NCBI GenBank assembly: GCA_963769545.1
Contig: CAVYMB010000003.1
Location: 22,386 to 86,385 of the forward strand
Reading direction: 5' to 3'
DNA: 64,000 nucleotides
DNA from: an uncultured Thermoleophilia bacterium
GTDB lineage: Bacteria > Actinomycetota > Thermoleophilia > Gaiellales > Gaiellaceae
Translations under genes and position numbers: made by a program
The notes under the pieces: model-generated
The model's input: only the letters and a program-made list of their open reading frames with translations
Told to the model about the DNA's origin: nothing
The model's database searches: none
In this document: piece after piece, positions 1-8,688 of the stretch
Numbering within the stretch: position 1 is the first letter of the stretch
Layout: each line of letters opens with the position of its first letter

Positions 1-786
1 CTCACGGTCGCCCGCTCCGCAAACGGCGTCGACGGCTGGTCGGTCGAGAGTGAGCCACTGCTCTTTCCCGTTCCCGGTATCGCGACCGAGCAGTGGGGAT
101 TCGAGGATCCCCGAGTCGTGTGGGCTGCGGAGCTCGATCGCTGGGTCATCACGTGTACCGCGTACGGCCCGGCCGGCCCGGCCGTGTATCTCGCGACGAC
201 CGAGGACTTCCGGACGGTCGAACGGTACGGGATCATCCAGCACCCGGAGGACAAGAACGCGGCGCTCCTCCCTCATCGGATCGACGGCCGCTGGATTCTG
301 CTCCACCGCCCGAAGACCGAATACGGTGGCGCTCGCGGGGAGATCGTGCTGTCGCGCTCGCCGGATCTCGTGAGTTGGAGCGCACCCGAGCAGGTGCTCC
401 AGCCCCGCGACGGGGCCTGGTGGGACTCGCTGCGAATCGGGATCGGCCCGCCGCCGCTCAAGACCGAGCACGGCTGGCTGCTGATCTATCACGGTGTCAA
501 GGAGACGGTCGCGGGCGCGCTCTACCGCGTCGGGCTCGCGTTGCTCGACCTCGACGAGCCGACTTGCGTCCTGCGACGGCTCCCGGCTTGGGTCCTCGCG
601 CCGCGCGCGGTCTACGAACGCACCGGCGACGTTCCGAACGCGGTGTTTCCCTGTGGCGTCGTCCACGACGACGCGAGTGGGGAGGTCCGGCTCTACTACG
701 GTGGGGCCGACAGCACGATCTGCCTCGCCACGGCGCAGTTCGATGACCTCCTCGAAGCAGTGCTCGCCGCACCGCTCGAAGGCTGA
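1..786 (+). CDS. Glycoside hydrolase family 130 (beta-mannoside phosphorylase-like); the 5' end lies outside the window
   Basis: Frame 1 is open from base 1 into listed ORF 118..786. Motifs FEDPRV, PEDKNAALLP and VFPCG..LYYGGADS..CLATA match the GH130 beta-propeller family. Confidence 0.8.
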   Translation, partial: LTVARSANGVDGWSVESEPLLFPVPGIATEQWGFEDPRVVWAAELDRWVITCTAYGPAGPAVYLATTEDFRTVERYGIIQHPEDKNAALLPHRIDGRWILLHRPKTEYGGARGEIVLSRSPDLVSWSAPEQVLQPRDGAWWDSLRIGIGPPPLKTEHGWLLIYHGVKETVAGALYRVGLALLDLDEPTCVLRRLPAWVLAPRAVYERTGDVPNAVFPCGVVHDDASGEVRLYYGGADSTICLATAQFDDLLEAVLAAPLEG

Positions 787-790
787 TCGT

Positions 791-2005
791 TCACCGGGCG
801 CCCGTTCCTCGGAAAACTCGATAGCGGCGGTAGAGACGAGGGAGCTCGATCGCCGGGTCGAGGAAGAAAGCGTCCGTATCGATGTCGATCCACGCCGGCC
901 TTCCGGGGCTGTCGACTCGGACGGCTTCGACGAATGCAGAGACGGCGGCCACCGCAGGCTTGGGCGACCCGTCGGCACGCCAGAGCCCGAACGAACGCTC
1001 GTGAACCGCCAGGTCGAGCGGGGGGCTCTCCCAGACGCCTTCGTCGTAGTCGGTGTAGCACCACAACATCGCGCCGAGGCAACCGGCTGCCCGGAGAGCG
1101 GCGAGTGCCCGCTCCGTGTAAGCGGCGGCAGTCCGCTCTTCGATCAGCGCGGAGCTGCTGCGCCGCCGGGCGCTCTCCGCATTCGGGTCGCCGTGGCGGT
1201 AGGTCGGCAGGCCGAACTCCGAGAACAACACGTCGCACCCCCGGCCGAGCCACCGGGTGATCTCTGCCAGGTAAGGCAGCAGCTCCTCATCGGTCGGGCC
1301 CTCGACCCAGTCGGCGTAGATCGGGTAGCCGTGCATGGAGAGGAAATCGCACGTATCCGAGACTTCCCGCGGCCCCATTCTCCGATCCTGCTCCAGGTCT
1401 TCCATGTGCAAGCCGACCGTGATCAGCGCCGTCTCGTCGGCAGCGCGGATCGCCGAGGTGATTCGCTCCAGCCAGCTCCGTGCGGACGATCGGCTCGGGG
1501 GCACGACGCAGTTCGAGTTCTCGTTGCCGAGATCCCACGCCCAGAGCGCTGCGTGGCCGGCCAGGACGGCGGCAGCTTCCGCTGCGAAGAGCTCCTGCGC
1601 GTCGGCGACGAACGGGTCCGTGTACCAGTTGCGCAGACCCGCTCTCGTCACCTTGCCGTCGGACACCACGCGGAAGCGGTCATCGCCGTCCGATCCGCCG
1701 AGCGCCCACGCAGGAATCCAGTTCACACCGCTCATGTGGCCGGTGAAGAGGGTCGGCACGACGGCCAGACCGGCACGGCCGGCGAGATCGGCCACCGTGA
1801 CCAGCCGGTCGAGCATCGTGCGGTCCAGTTCGTCGGGTGCCGGCTGGAACTGCTCCCAGAGCAGGAAGAGCCTCACCGAGTCGAGCCCGCTCGCGGCGAT
1901 CCGCGTGAAGTCCGCGACGACCTCGGTCTCGTCGAAGTCAGTCCACCACGCCATCGCAGTTCGCGCGGGCCAGTAGTTGACGCCGACCCGGAACGACTCC
2001 GGCAT
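791..2005 (-). CDS. Clan GH-A (GH5-like) glycoside hydrolase
   Basis: This is the C-terminal 405 aa of listed ORF 791..3022, with ATG at 2005 (MPESFRVGVNYWP). It carries TIM-barrel motifs WDLGNENS and LFSEFGLP. Its start overlaps the stop of the upstream GT4 gene (ATGA). Confidence 0.75.
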   Translation of the reverse strand: MPESFRVGVNYWPARTAMAWWTDFDETEVVADFTRIAASGLDSVRLFLLWEQFQPAPDELDRTMLDRLVTVADLAGRAGLAVVPTLFTGHMSGVNWIPAWALGGSDGDDRFRVVSDGKVTRAGLRNWYTDPFVADAQELFAAEAAAVLAGHAALWAWDLGNENSNCVVPPSRSSARSWLERITSAIRAADETALITVGLHMEDLEQDRRMGPREVSDTCDFLSMHGYPIYADWVEGPTDEELLPYLAEITRWLGRGCDVLFSEFGLPTYRHGDPNAESARRRSSSALIEERTAAAYTERALAALRAAGCLGAMLWCYTDYDEGVWESPPLDLAVHERSFGLWRADGSPKPAVAAVSAFVEAVRVDSPGRPAWIDIDTDAFFLDPAIELPRLYRRYRVFRGTGAR

Positions 2006-3039
2006 CAGCCGGCGCTTCGTTCGCCGGCGCGCTGTCGCCGATGCTGCTCCACGACCTGCCGGTAGACGGCCACGTAATCGTCCACCATCCGGTCCGAGTC
2101 GAACCGTTGCTCGACCGACCTGCGCACGGCGAACCCGTCCAGCGCTTCGGACTTCCGCACCGCTGCCACGGCTTCGTCGACGGACGCGACCAGGAAGCCG
2201 TTCTCGCCGTCCCGGACGATCTCGGGCATCGAACCGCGCGGGTGTGCGATCACCGGCGTGCCGCAAGCCATCGCCTCGACGACGCTGAACCCGAATGGCT
2301 CGTCGAAGTTGACGAGATGCAAGAGTGCCCGCGCTCCTCCGAGCAGCTCGACGCGTTGATCGGCTGCCACCGGACCGATGTACCGGACGCGCGTTCCGTC
2401 GATCCGGGGCTCGACCAACCGTTCGAAGTACTCGTGGTCCTGGACGATTCCGGCGATGATCAGCGGCATCGCGGTCCGCCTGGATACCTCGATCGCCTCG
2501 ACGGTGCCTTTGTCCGGATGGATCCGCCCGAAGAACAGCAGGTAGTCCCGCGATCCGGTGCCCACCTCGAACTCCCGCATGTCGATCCCGTGGTGGACGG
2601 TCGCCACGTAGTCGAGACGTTCGCTCCGGTCGGCATCGCTGATCGCCACGTAGTAGCCGATCCGGTTGTACTTCTCGAAGACTGGAAGGATCCGATCCGA
2701 CGAAAAGCCGTGAATGGTGGTGACAACCGGCGTATCGACCAGGCCGCTGTACGTGAGTGGCAAGAAGTCGAAGCTGTTGTGGATGACGTCGAACTCGCCC
2801 GCCCGCTCGAACGCCGCCGAGACATGAAGTCCCTCCCACACCTTCGCGTCCAACTCCGGATCCTCCGAATAACCGGTCGGCGCACTTGCGACCAGGCGCG
2901 CGCGTGTGATCGAGTCGGCCGTTGCAAACAGCGTGACGTCGACTCCCCGGGCGACGAGTCCCTCGGTCAAGAGGGAGACGAACTGCTCCCACGGCCCGTA
3001 ATGACGTGGCGGCACCCGCCACGAGATCGGCGCGAGCAT
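2005..3039 (-). CDS. Family 4 (GT-B) glycosyltransferase
   Basis: Part of listed ORF 2005..3306, with ATG at 3039 (MLAPISWRVPP); GTG at 3045 is an alternative start. The EPFGFSVVEAMACGTPVIA signature (E-x7-E type) and FFGRIHPDKG are present. The upstream 89 codons are Arg/Pro-rich and unlikely to be coding. Confidence 0.85.
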   Translation of the reverse strand: MLAPISWRVPPRHYGPWEQFVSLLTEGLVARGVDVTLFATADSITRARLVASAPTGYSEDPELDAKVWEGLHVSAAFERAGEFDVIHNSFDFLPLTYSGLVDTPVVTTIHGFSSDRILPVFEKYNRIGYYVAISDADRSERLDYVATVHHGIDMREFEVGTGSRDYLLFFGRIHPDKGTVEAIEVSRRTAMPLIIAGIVQDHEYFERLVEPRIDGTRVRYIGPVAADQRVELLGGARALLHLVNFDEPFGFSVVEAMACGTPVIAHPRGSMPEIVRDGENGFLVASVDEAVAAVRKSEALDGFAVRRSVEQRFDSDRMVDDYVAVYRQVVEQHRRQRAGERSAG

Positions 3040-3113
3040 CCCCACGCGAAGCTCGTCGGAGACGCGCGCGCCCACGGCTCGATCGAGCGAGCTAGGCTCT
3101 GGGCGTGAACCGC

Positions 3114-3248
3114 TTACGTGCGTTCCTCGATCGTCTGCCGGGTGGTCACCGGCCGCCGACCGGCCCTCTGACGACGGAGGAAGAGAGCGACGCCGAGGAG
3201 TTGCGCCAGAGTCAGAAAGCCCTGGCGGATGAACAGCAGGTCGAGCAC
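3114..3248 (-). CDS. Possible small membrane protein (44 aa from GTG), tentative
   Basis: This is the tail of listed ORF 3114..4970. It has high third-position GC and a hydrophobic stretch LDLLFIRQGFLTLAQLLGVALFL followed by a basic tail. No clear RBS was seen. It could be the frame-shifted 3' part of 3275..3415. Confidence 0.25.
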   Translation of the reverse strand: MLDLLFIRQGFLTLAQLLGVALFLRRQRAGRRPVTTRQTIEERT

Positions 3249-3274
3249 GAGCCGGAAGAGTAGGCCGGTTGAGG

Positions 3275-3415
3275 TCAGTTTGTCGGTTGCGTGGTGACGA
3301 GCCCATGGATCTGCCTCGTCAGCTCCGCAATCTGCAGCTCGAGGAGCTTGTCGGTTTCGGCCTTTGCGGCGCGCTCGAGCCAGCTGTGACTCTTGTCGAT
3401 CCGTTCGGAGTGCAT
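3275..3415 (-). CDS. Possible small coiled-coil protein (46 aa), tentative
   Basis: Hand translation gives MHSERIDKSHSWLERAAKAETDKLLELQIAELTRQIHGLVTTQPTN, from ATG at 3415 to TGA at 3275-3277. GC3 is high and GAGG lies just upstream. It is below the ORF-track length cut-off. Confidence 0.3.
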   Translation of the reverse strand: MHSERIDKSHSWLERAAKAETDKLLELQIAELTRQIHGLVTTQPTN

Positions 3416-3455
3416 CGACCTCGCAGCCCGTTCCTCCCCCGCATACGATCACCTC

Positions 3456-3668
3456 GTGGCGATCGACATCGAGGTGCAGAGGCTCCAACTGGGTGACGTG
3501 ATCATGGTGAATCCACCCGGCCGCGATGCGGAAGTCGAGGCAAAGGTGTTGCGCGAGATCGACCGCAGGGAGGACAGCGTGTTCGTCACGTTGCGAGCGG
3601 CCGGTGTGGACGATTTCGTCGAGGAGTGGCCGCTCGACACGATGGTCACCGTCGTTCGAGGCCCGTAG
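3456..3668 (+). CDS. Hypothetical protein (71 aa from GTG 3456; track ORF starts at TTG 3393)
   Basis: Listed ORF 3393..3668 has a balanced, acidic composition (VAIDIEVQRLQLGDVIMVNPPGRDAEVEAKVLREIDRRED). No family was recognised. Confidence 0.45.
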   Translation: MAIDIEVQRLQLGDVIMVNPPGRDAEVEAKVLREIDRREDSVFVTLRAAGVDDFVEEWPLDTMVTVVRGP

Positions 3669-3677
3669 ACTGCGGCT

Positions 3678-3899
3678 GTGGAGGCTCCCGAAGAGACGCG
3701 CGAGCTGGTGGATGTGACGATTCGCGTCCGCGAGACTGCTCCCGGCTCGTTCGAGGCGAACTTCAGCCCGACCTCGCCGACGCACATGGCCCGCCAGGGC
3801 TTCAGCGTCGACACGAAGCGCGGTGCGAAGGGGAAGAGCCTGGCCCAAGTCCTCGACTGGGCCGAGGGGTACTGGCGTCAGAACTACCCTGCTGCCTAG
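3678..3899 (+). CDS. Hypothetical protein (73 aa)
   Basis: Listed ORF with a GTG start 10 nt after the previous stop. The composition is plausible. No family was recognised. Confidence 0.45.
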   Translation: MEAPEETRELVDVTIRVRETAPGSFEANFSPTSPTHMARQGFSVDTKRGAKGKSLAQVLDWAEGYWRQNYPAA

Positions 3900-3938
3900 C
3901 TCGGTTGCGCGCAGCGAGTTGAAGTTAGAGTCCGGCGT

Positions 3939-4199
3939 ATGGACGATGAGCCGCAGCCGCTGATCAACGTGCAGGACGAGAACGAAGGCAACGACATCTG
4001 CGATCGGCTCCGCGCTGCCGGGATCAAGTGCGCAGTCGAGCCGCTTCCGGATACGAACTCGCTCGTTCCCATCCTGGGCGGGCAAGCCCCGCTGGTGTTG
4101 AAGGTTCTGGTCAACGCTTCCCAGATGGACGAAGCTCGAACCGTCGTCGCCGAGTACCAGGAAGAGCTTCGGCAGACCGAAGCACCCGGCCAGGCGTAG
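3939..4199 (+). CDS. Small DUF2007-like (putative signal-transducing) protein
   Basis: Listed ORF with an ATG start. The small acidic alpha/beta-type sequence (NDICDRLRAAGIKCAVEP ... DEARTVVAEYQEE) resembles the DUF2007 family. Confidence 0.5.
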   Translation: MDDEPQPLINVQDENEGNDICDRLRAAGIKCAVEPLPDTNSLVPILGGQAPLVLKVLVNASQMDEARTVVAEYQEELRQTEAPGQA

Positions 4200-4226
4200 C
4201 TCAAGCTCGAGCGGCCCCTTGCCGAC

Positions 4227-5201
4227 TTGCTCGGTGTGGGGACGCCGGCCAGAATCGTTGTTGCGACCGCTTTGGCGCTCATCGCCGTCGGCATTGGCGT
4301 CAGTCGGGGTTTCGGCTCGCAGATGAACGGCAGCGGACATGCGACGCTTCCGCTGCTGGTCGCGTGGGATCCGGTCTCGCCCGGACGCGATTTGCCGGCG
4401 AACGTCGTTGCCCGGCTCGATGGGCAGGAGCGCGCAGCGCTCGCTCGTGCGCGCGATCACGTCCACGATCCACTGACTCGGGCCGGCGGGTGCGTCGCGA
4501 CCCAGTCTCCGGGCACGCTCGGACCGCCGCTGCCGAAGATCACGGCGCGGTTGCTCGGTCGTCACGTCGCTCTTGTGATCCGCTATCGGTCGCGCCCGGC
4601 CTCGGCGCACTGCAGGCCTGCGACGCTGCTCGTCGCGGTGGGGTCGAGCGCGACTCCGTCGGGTGTTCCCTGGGTGCGGGAGTTTCGCGTCGAACCACCT
4701 GCGGCCGGCCGGATCGAGCTCTCGGTGCCGCCGTACTCGCCCGGGCCGTACCAACTGACTGCCCGGTCGGTCTCGATGTTCGGTGCCCCCGGGCCGGAGC
4801 TCCAGGTTCAGCTGGCGTGCAAGGGCCGGTGCGTGCCGCCGCTCCACGCGGGCGCCGACTACGACGCGCTCCCGAAACCGCTGCTCCCGCTGACCGCGAT
4901 CACACGCGCGCAGCTCGAGGCATCCTTCCGGTTCGCCGTGAGCGGAGACCGTGACCCGCGGCCGGTGCACGTCACCTGCCCGTCGTCGAATCGGTGCGTC
5001 GTCAGGTACGTCGATGCGTCGTTCCCGCGAAGACCGTATCGCGTCGCCTACCTCGTCGAAGGCGAGCGAGTCGCCGGCTGCTGGATGGCCCGGCTGGACG
5101 GCGCCGGGGCGCTCGATCCGCTCCCGTACTCCGACGCGCGAAAGGGCCAGACCGACCTCGCCGCCTGCCGTTCCTGGGGAAGCATCCCGGCCGCTCGTTA
5201 G
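4227..5201 (+). CDS. Hypothetical membrane-anchored or secreted protein (324 aa)
   Basis: Listed ORF with an N-terminal hydrophobic segment ARIVVATALALIAVGIGV. No family was recognised. Confidence 0.55.
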   Translation: MLGVGTPARIVVATALALIAVGIGVSRGFGSQMNGSGHATLPLLVAWDPVSPGRDLPANVVARLDGQERAALARARDHVHDPLTRAGGCVATQSPGTLGPPLPKITARLLGRHVALVIRYRSRPASAHCRPATLLVAVGSSATPSGVPWVREFRVEPPAAGRIELSVPPYSPGPYQLTARSVSMFGAPGPELQVQLACKGRCVPPLHAGADYDALPKPLLPLTAITRAQLEASFRFAVSGDRDPRPVHVTCPSSNRCVVRYVDASFPRRPYRVAYLVEGERVAGCWMARLDGAGALDPLPYSDARKGQTDLAACRSWGSIPAAR

Positions 5202-5204
5202 AGC

Positions 5205-5741
5205 GTGACGGTGCAGACCGAAGTCTGGCTAGGGTCCGCGGCGATGGCCACTCGAGCTGCCACAGAGATCGATTCGTCGTTCGAGCTCCGTCCCGCCCGC
5301 GATGAGGATCGGCTTCCGTTGGCGGTGCTGTACGCCGCGGTTGCAGAGGAGCGCACCGGGATCGGGGCGGAGCCGCCGGTGGACGTGGAGGCCCGCGCTG
5401 CCCGCTGGACGCTTGACGGGACTCTGGTCGCGTTCGCCGGCGACGAAGTCATCGGCTCGTTGCATGTCGCGGAGACCCCGTTCGGATTCGGGGAGATCGG
5501 CATGCTGGTCGCGCAAGAGTGGCGCGGGCGCGGAGTTGGCTCGGCGCTCGTCGCCGCCGCGATCGACTGGGCGCGTGAGCGCGGCTTGCACAAGCTCAGC
5601 CTCAGCGTGTTCGCGCACAACACGGCGGCGATCGCGCTCTACCGCAAGTTCGGTTTCGTCGACGAGGGCCGTCGGGTCAAGCAGTTCCGGCGTGCGAACG
5701 GGGAGCTCTGGGACTCATTGGAGATGGGGCTGCTGCTCTGA
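5205..5741 (+). CDS. GNAT family N-acetyltransferase
   Basis: Listed ORF. The acetyl-CoA motif QEWRGRGVGSALV and the C-terminal ALYRKFGF are typical of GNAT. ATG 5244 is an alternative start. Confidence 0.85.
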   Translation: MTVQTEVWLGSAAMATRAATEIDSSFELRPARDEDRLPLAVLYAAVAEERTGIGAEPPVDVEARAARWTLDGTLVAFAGDEVIGSLHVAETPFGFGEIGMLVAQEWRGRGVGSALVAAAIDWARERGLHKLSLSVFAHNTAAIALYRKFGFVDEGRRVKQFRRANGELWDSLEMGLLL

Positions 5742-5808
5742 GCTGCGTCACCGGGTCTAGGTCGTCGATGCGACTACGGCCGGACGTCAAGCAGGCTCGC
5801 TCTGTGTG

Positions 5809-6312
5809 TCAGTCGGTCGCCGAGAAGACGACGCTGCCCGACACCGTGCCGGTGGTGACCGTGACGCGCCAGCAGCCCGGCGTGGGAACGTTCACGTAGG
5901 ACGGGTAGTCGCCAAAGCCGTTGTAGGTGCTCGAGAACGAGCCCGGTGCGTCGAGCCGCCGGCCGCTCATCCTGAGCGTGAGCCCGTAACCGTGCGCGCG
6001 TGTGATCCACAGCACCTTCGGATTGAAGGTGTGCGGCTTCCTCGTCGTGAAGATTCTCGCGCCCAGGAGGTGCTGCTTGCCCCACGGAACGGCGCCGTAG
6101 AAGAACAGGTGCGCCGTGAACCGGCCGCCCGGGACGGAGGCGATCCAGGGCAGGCGCTCCAGGCCCACCTTGTCGATGCCCGCATAGGGACGGTAGATCA
6201 CGTGGCTCATCGGGCACGTGCTGCCGGCCGGATGGGCGCCGGACGAGGCCGTGATGCCGAGTGCCACGACCGCAGCCGCGACGATCGCGAGGAAGCGGGG
6301 AAGGAGGTGCAC
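5809..6312 (-). CDS. Secreted hypothetical protein (167 aa)
   Basis: Listed ORF with a GTG start and the signal peptide MHLLPRFLAIVAAAVVALGITASSGA. No family was recognised. Confidence 0.6.
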   Translation of the reverse strand: MHLLPRFLAIVAAAVVALGITASSGAHPAGSTCPMSHVIYRPYAGIDKVGLERLPWIASVPGGRFTAHLFFYGAVPWGKQHLLGARIFTTRKPHTFNPKVLWITRAHGYGLTLRMSGRRLDAPGSFSSTYNGFGDYPSYVNVPTPGCWRVTVTTGTVSGSVVFSATD

Positions 6313-6359
6313 AGCGGCAAGTCTAGGTCCGAGCTGACGCCGCCGCTACGATCGGCGCG

Positions 6360-6743
6360 ATGAGCGAGGTGGACGATTTCGACCTGCTCGCGGCCTCGTT
6401 GCGGGCGGACGCGAACGATCTGGACGCGTTCGTCGAGGCGCTCGCCACGAAGCTCGAGGTCTCGTTTCCCGAGCGCGTCCGCGTCGATCGCAAGGGCGGC
6501 CGGCTGGGCGGCCGCCGGCGGGTTGCCCGCGTGACCGTCACCCTGGACGACCGAAGCTTCGAGCTCGAGAAGGATCAGGCGGCGATCAGCTGCCGCCGCA
6601 GGAACGTTGTGCGCGGAATCGCGCTGAAGAACGACGAGCTGACGATCGACGAGTGGATCGACGATCTTTCCCGGATGCTGGCGAAGGTTGCCGGCGAGAC
6701 GGAGCGCGGGCGGGCTGCGCTCCAGCGGCTGCTCGAGGGCTGA
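6360..6743 (+). CDS. Hypothetical protein (127 aa), first gene of the YbjQ operon
   Basis: Listed ORF with an ATG start. Its stop overlaps the next start (TGATG). Confidence 0.6.
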   Translation: MSEVDDFDLLAASLRADANDLDAFVEALATKLEVSFPERVRVDRKGGRLGGRRRVARVTVTLDDRSFELEKDQAAISCRRRNVVRGIALKNDELTIDEWIDDLSRMLAKVAGETERGRAALQRLLEG

Positions 6744-7675
6744 TGTCGCCACGCGATCGGCGAGAGTCGGAGGAGTGGGCTGCGCAGAGCATCGAAGCGC
6801 TCGAGTCGGGCGGCATTCCACTCGCGGCACAGGCGCGACTGGACGACCTGCGCAATCGAGGGGGCCGCTTCTTCACCTCCGACCTGACGAGCAACGAGTT
6901 CCTGCTCATCCGCCGAGCCGGCTTCAGACCGCTCAGCCAGGTGATGGGGAGCTGTTTCTACAACATCGGCTGGCAGTGGATGCCCGGCGGATCGGGGTAC
7001 TCGTCGGGCTGGGGCGGCTCCACCGAGGGGCAGACGGTCGAGCTGGAGACGCAGACCGAGGCGTGGAACGAAGCGCGCCGGCTCGCTGTCGGTCGACTTG
7101 CGGAGGAGGCGAAGCGGGCGGGTGCGGATGCGGTCATCGGCGTTCGCCTGCGGCGCGGCGGATTCGACTGGGCCGCGGGGCTGATCGAGTTCACCGCGGT
7201 CGGAACCGCCGTCCGCTCCGAGCGGTTCGAGCTCGGGCCTGAACCGGTGCTGTCCAACCTGACCGGCCAGCAGTTCGCAGCTCTGTTCGAGCACGGGTAT
7301 TGGCCTGTCGGACTGATCGCCGCCACGACGGTCGGGTACGTGATGACGGGCTGGCGGCAGCAGTTCAGCGCCGGCGGCTTTCTCTCGGGTCGGCAGAACC
7401 AGGAGCTGACCGACTTCACGCAGGGCGTCTACGACACACGCACCCAGACGATGCTCCGAGCCAATCGTCAAGCGCACGAGCTGCAGGCGCACGGTGTTGT
7501 CGGCGTCGAGCTGGAGCAGGAGCATCGCGCGCACGAGCGCGACATGGGCGGCACGCACTACACCGATCTCATCTTGACCATGCACGTTCTCGGCACTGCG
7601 ATCGTCGAGCTCGACCGCGGCGACGAGCCGCCACCCGTCTACATCGGCCTACCACTCAATGGGGAGCAGCGATGA
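6743..7675 (+). CDS. Tandem YbjQ/UPF0145 (putative heavy-metal-binding) domain protein
   Basis: Part of listed ORF 6653..7675, with ATG at 6743 (MSPRDRRESEEW). There are two repeats of the FFTSDLTSNEFLL..GF.PLG.V.G ... GADAVIGVRL ... EF.A.GTAV pattern. Confidence 0.8.
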   Translation: MSPRDRRESEEWAAQSIEALESGGIPLAAQARLDDLRNRGGRFFTSDLTSNEFLLIRRAGFRPLSQVMGSCFYNIGWQWMPGGSGYSSGWGGSTEGQTVELETQTEAWNEARRLAVGRLAEEAKRAGADAVIGVRLRRGGFDWAAGLIEFTAVGTAVRSERFELGPEPVLSNLTGQQFAALFEHGYWPVGLIAATTVGYVMTGWRQQFSAGGFLSGRQNQELTDFTQGVYDTRTQTMLRANRQAHELQAHGVVGVELEQEHRAHERDMGGTHYTDLILTMHVLGTAIVELDRGDEPPPVYIGLPLNGEQR

Positions 7676-8526
7676 GCGATCAGGAAAGCGAGCAGTACGA
7701 CCCGACCTCGACCGCCGGTGTCCCCGAGCACGGACGGGAGCGCCTCGCGCGGATGCGCGAGCGGAGCTTCTTCACCAGCGATCTCTCGGTCAACGAGTTC
7801 CTCCTCGTCAAGGCCGCGGGATTCGAGCCGCTCGGCCTCGTCATCGGAAGCTCGATCTACCACATCGGTTTCCAGATGAGTGGTTGGAGCACGAGCCAGG
7901 AGATGGACGTGCTCACGCAGGCGATGTACCACGCCCGCGAGCTGGCGATGACGCGCATGGAAGAGGAGGCGGACCAGCTCGGAGCGGACGGCGTCGTCGG
8001 TGTTCGGCTCGACGTCAGCCGCTACGAATGGAGTGGCGACCTCGCCGAGTTCATCGCGATCGGCACGGCCGTTCGGCATCGCGAGGGCGTCCTCCACCGC
8101 GCGCCGAACGGGAGGCCGTTCACGAGCGACCTGTCGGGCCAGGACTTCTACACGCTGTTGTCCGCCGGCTACCGCCCGCTCGGCCTCGTCATGGGAACCT
8201 GCGTCTATCACGTCGCCCATCAGGGGCTTGGCGGGTGGTTCCGTCGGGTCGGCCGGAACGCCGAGATGACGAACTTCACGCAGGCCCTCTACGACGCGCG
8301 CGAGCTCGCGATGGAGCGCATGCAGTCGGAGGCGGAGTCGCTCGAGGCAGAAGGCATCGTCGGCGTCCAGCTGAACGAAGGAAGCCATGGCTGGGACTCG
8401 CACGTGATCGAGTACTTCGCGGTCGGCACCGCCGTCACCCCGGTCAGCGACGACCACACGATCCCGGACCCGAGCTTCATCCTCTCGCTCAACGACGCGT
8501 CGACCAGTCGCGTAAGCGGCTTCTGA
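7672..8526 (+). CDS. Tandem YbjQ/UPF0145 domain protein (paralogue of the preceding gene)
   Basis: Part of listed ORF 7300..8526, with ATG at 7672 overlapping the previous stop (ATGA). It has two YbjQ-type repeats (FFTSDLSVNEFLLVKAAGFEPLGLV; FTSDLSGQDFYTLLSAGYRPLGLV). Confidence 0.8.
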   Translation: MSDQESEQYDPTSTAGVPEHGRERLARMRERSFFTSDLSVNEFLLVKAAGFEPLGLVIGSSIYHIGFQMSGWSTSQEMDVLTQAMYHARELAMTRMEEEADQLGADGVVGVRLDVSRYEWSGDLAEFIAIGTAVRHREGVLHRAPNGRPFTSDLSGQDFYTLLSAGYRPLGLVMGTCVYHVAHQGLGGWFRRVGRNAEMTNFTQALYDARELAMERMQSEAESLEAEGIVGVQLNEGSHGWDSHVIEYFAVGTAVTPVSDDHTIPDPSFILSLNDASTSRVSGF

Positions 8527-8688
8527 ACGCACGCTTCTTTTGCGGGTGACTCGAGTTCAGGCGGCGATCCGTCCCTCGAGCCACCCGCTCCACCACTCGC
8601 GGAGCAATCCGCAGGCAGTCCTTCTTAAGACGCCGCGTCGATGTGAAAGGTTGGCAGCGGCGACGCGTTACGATCTGAGGAGACGGGC

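Noticed and set aside
3114-4970. 618-aa minus-strand ORF
   Set aside because: It lies antisense to four plausible plus-strand genes. Only its last ~45 codons (3114..3248) look coding, and these are listed separately at low confidence.
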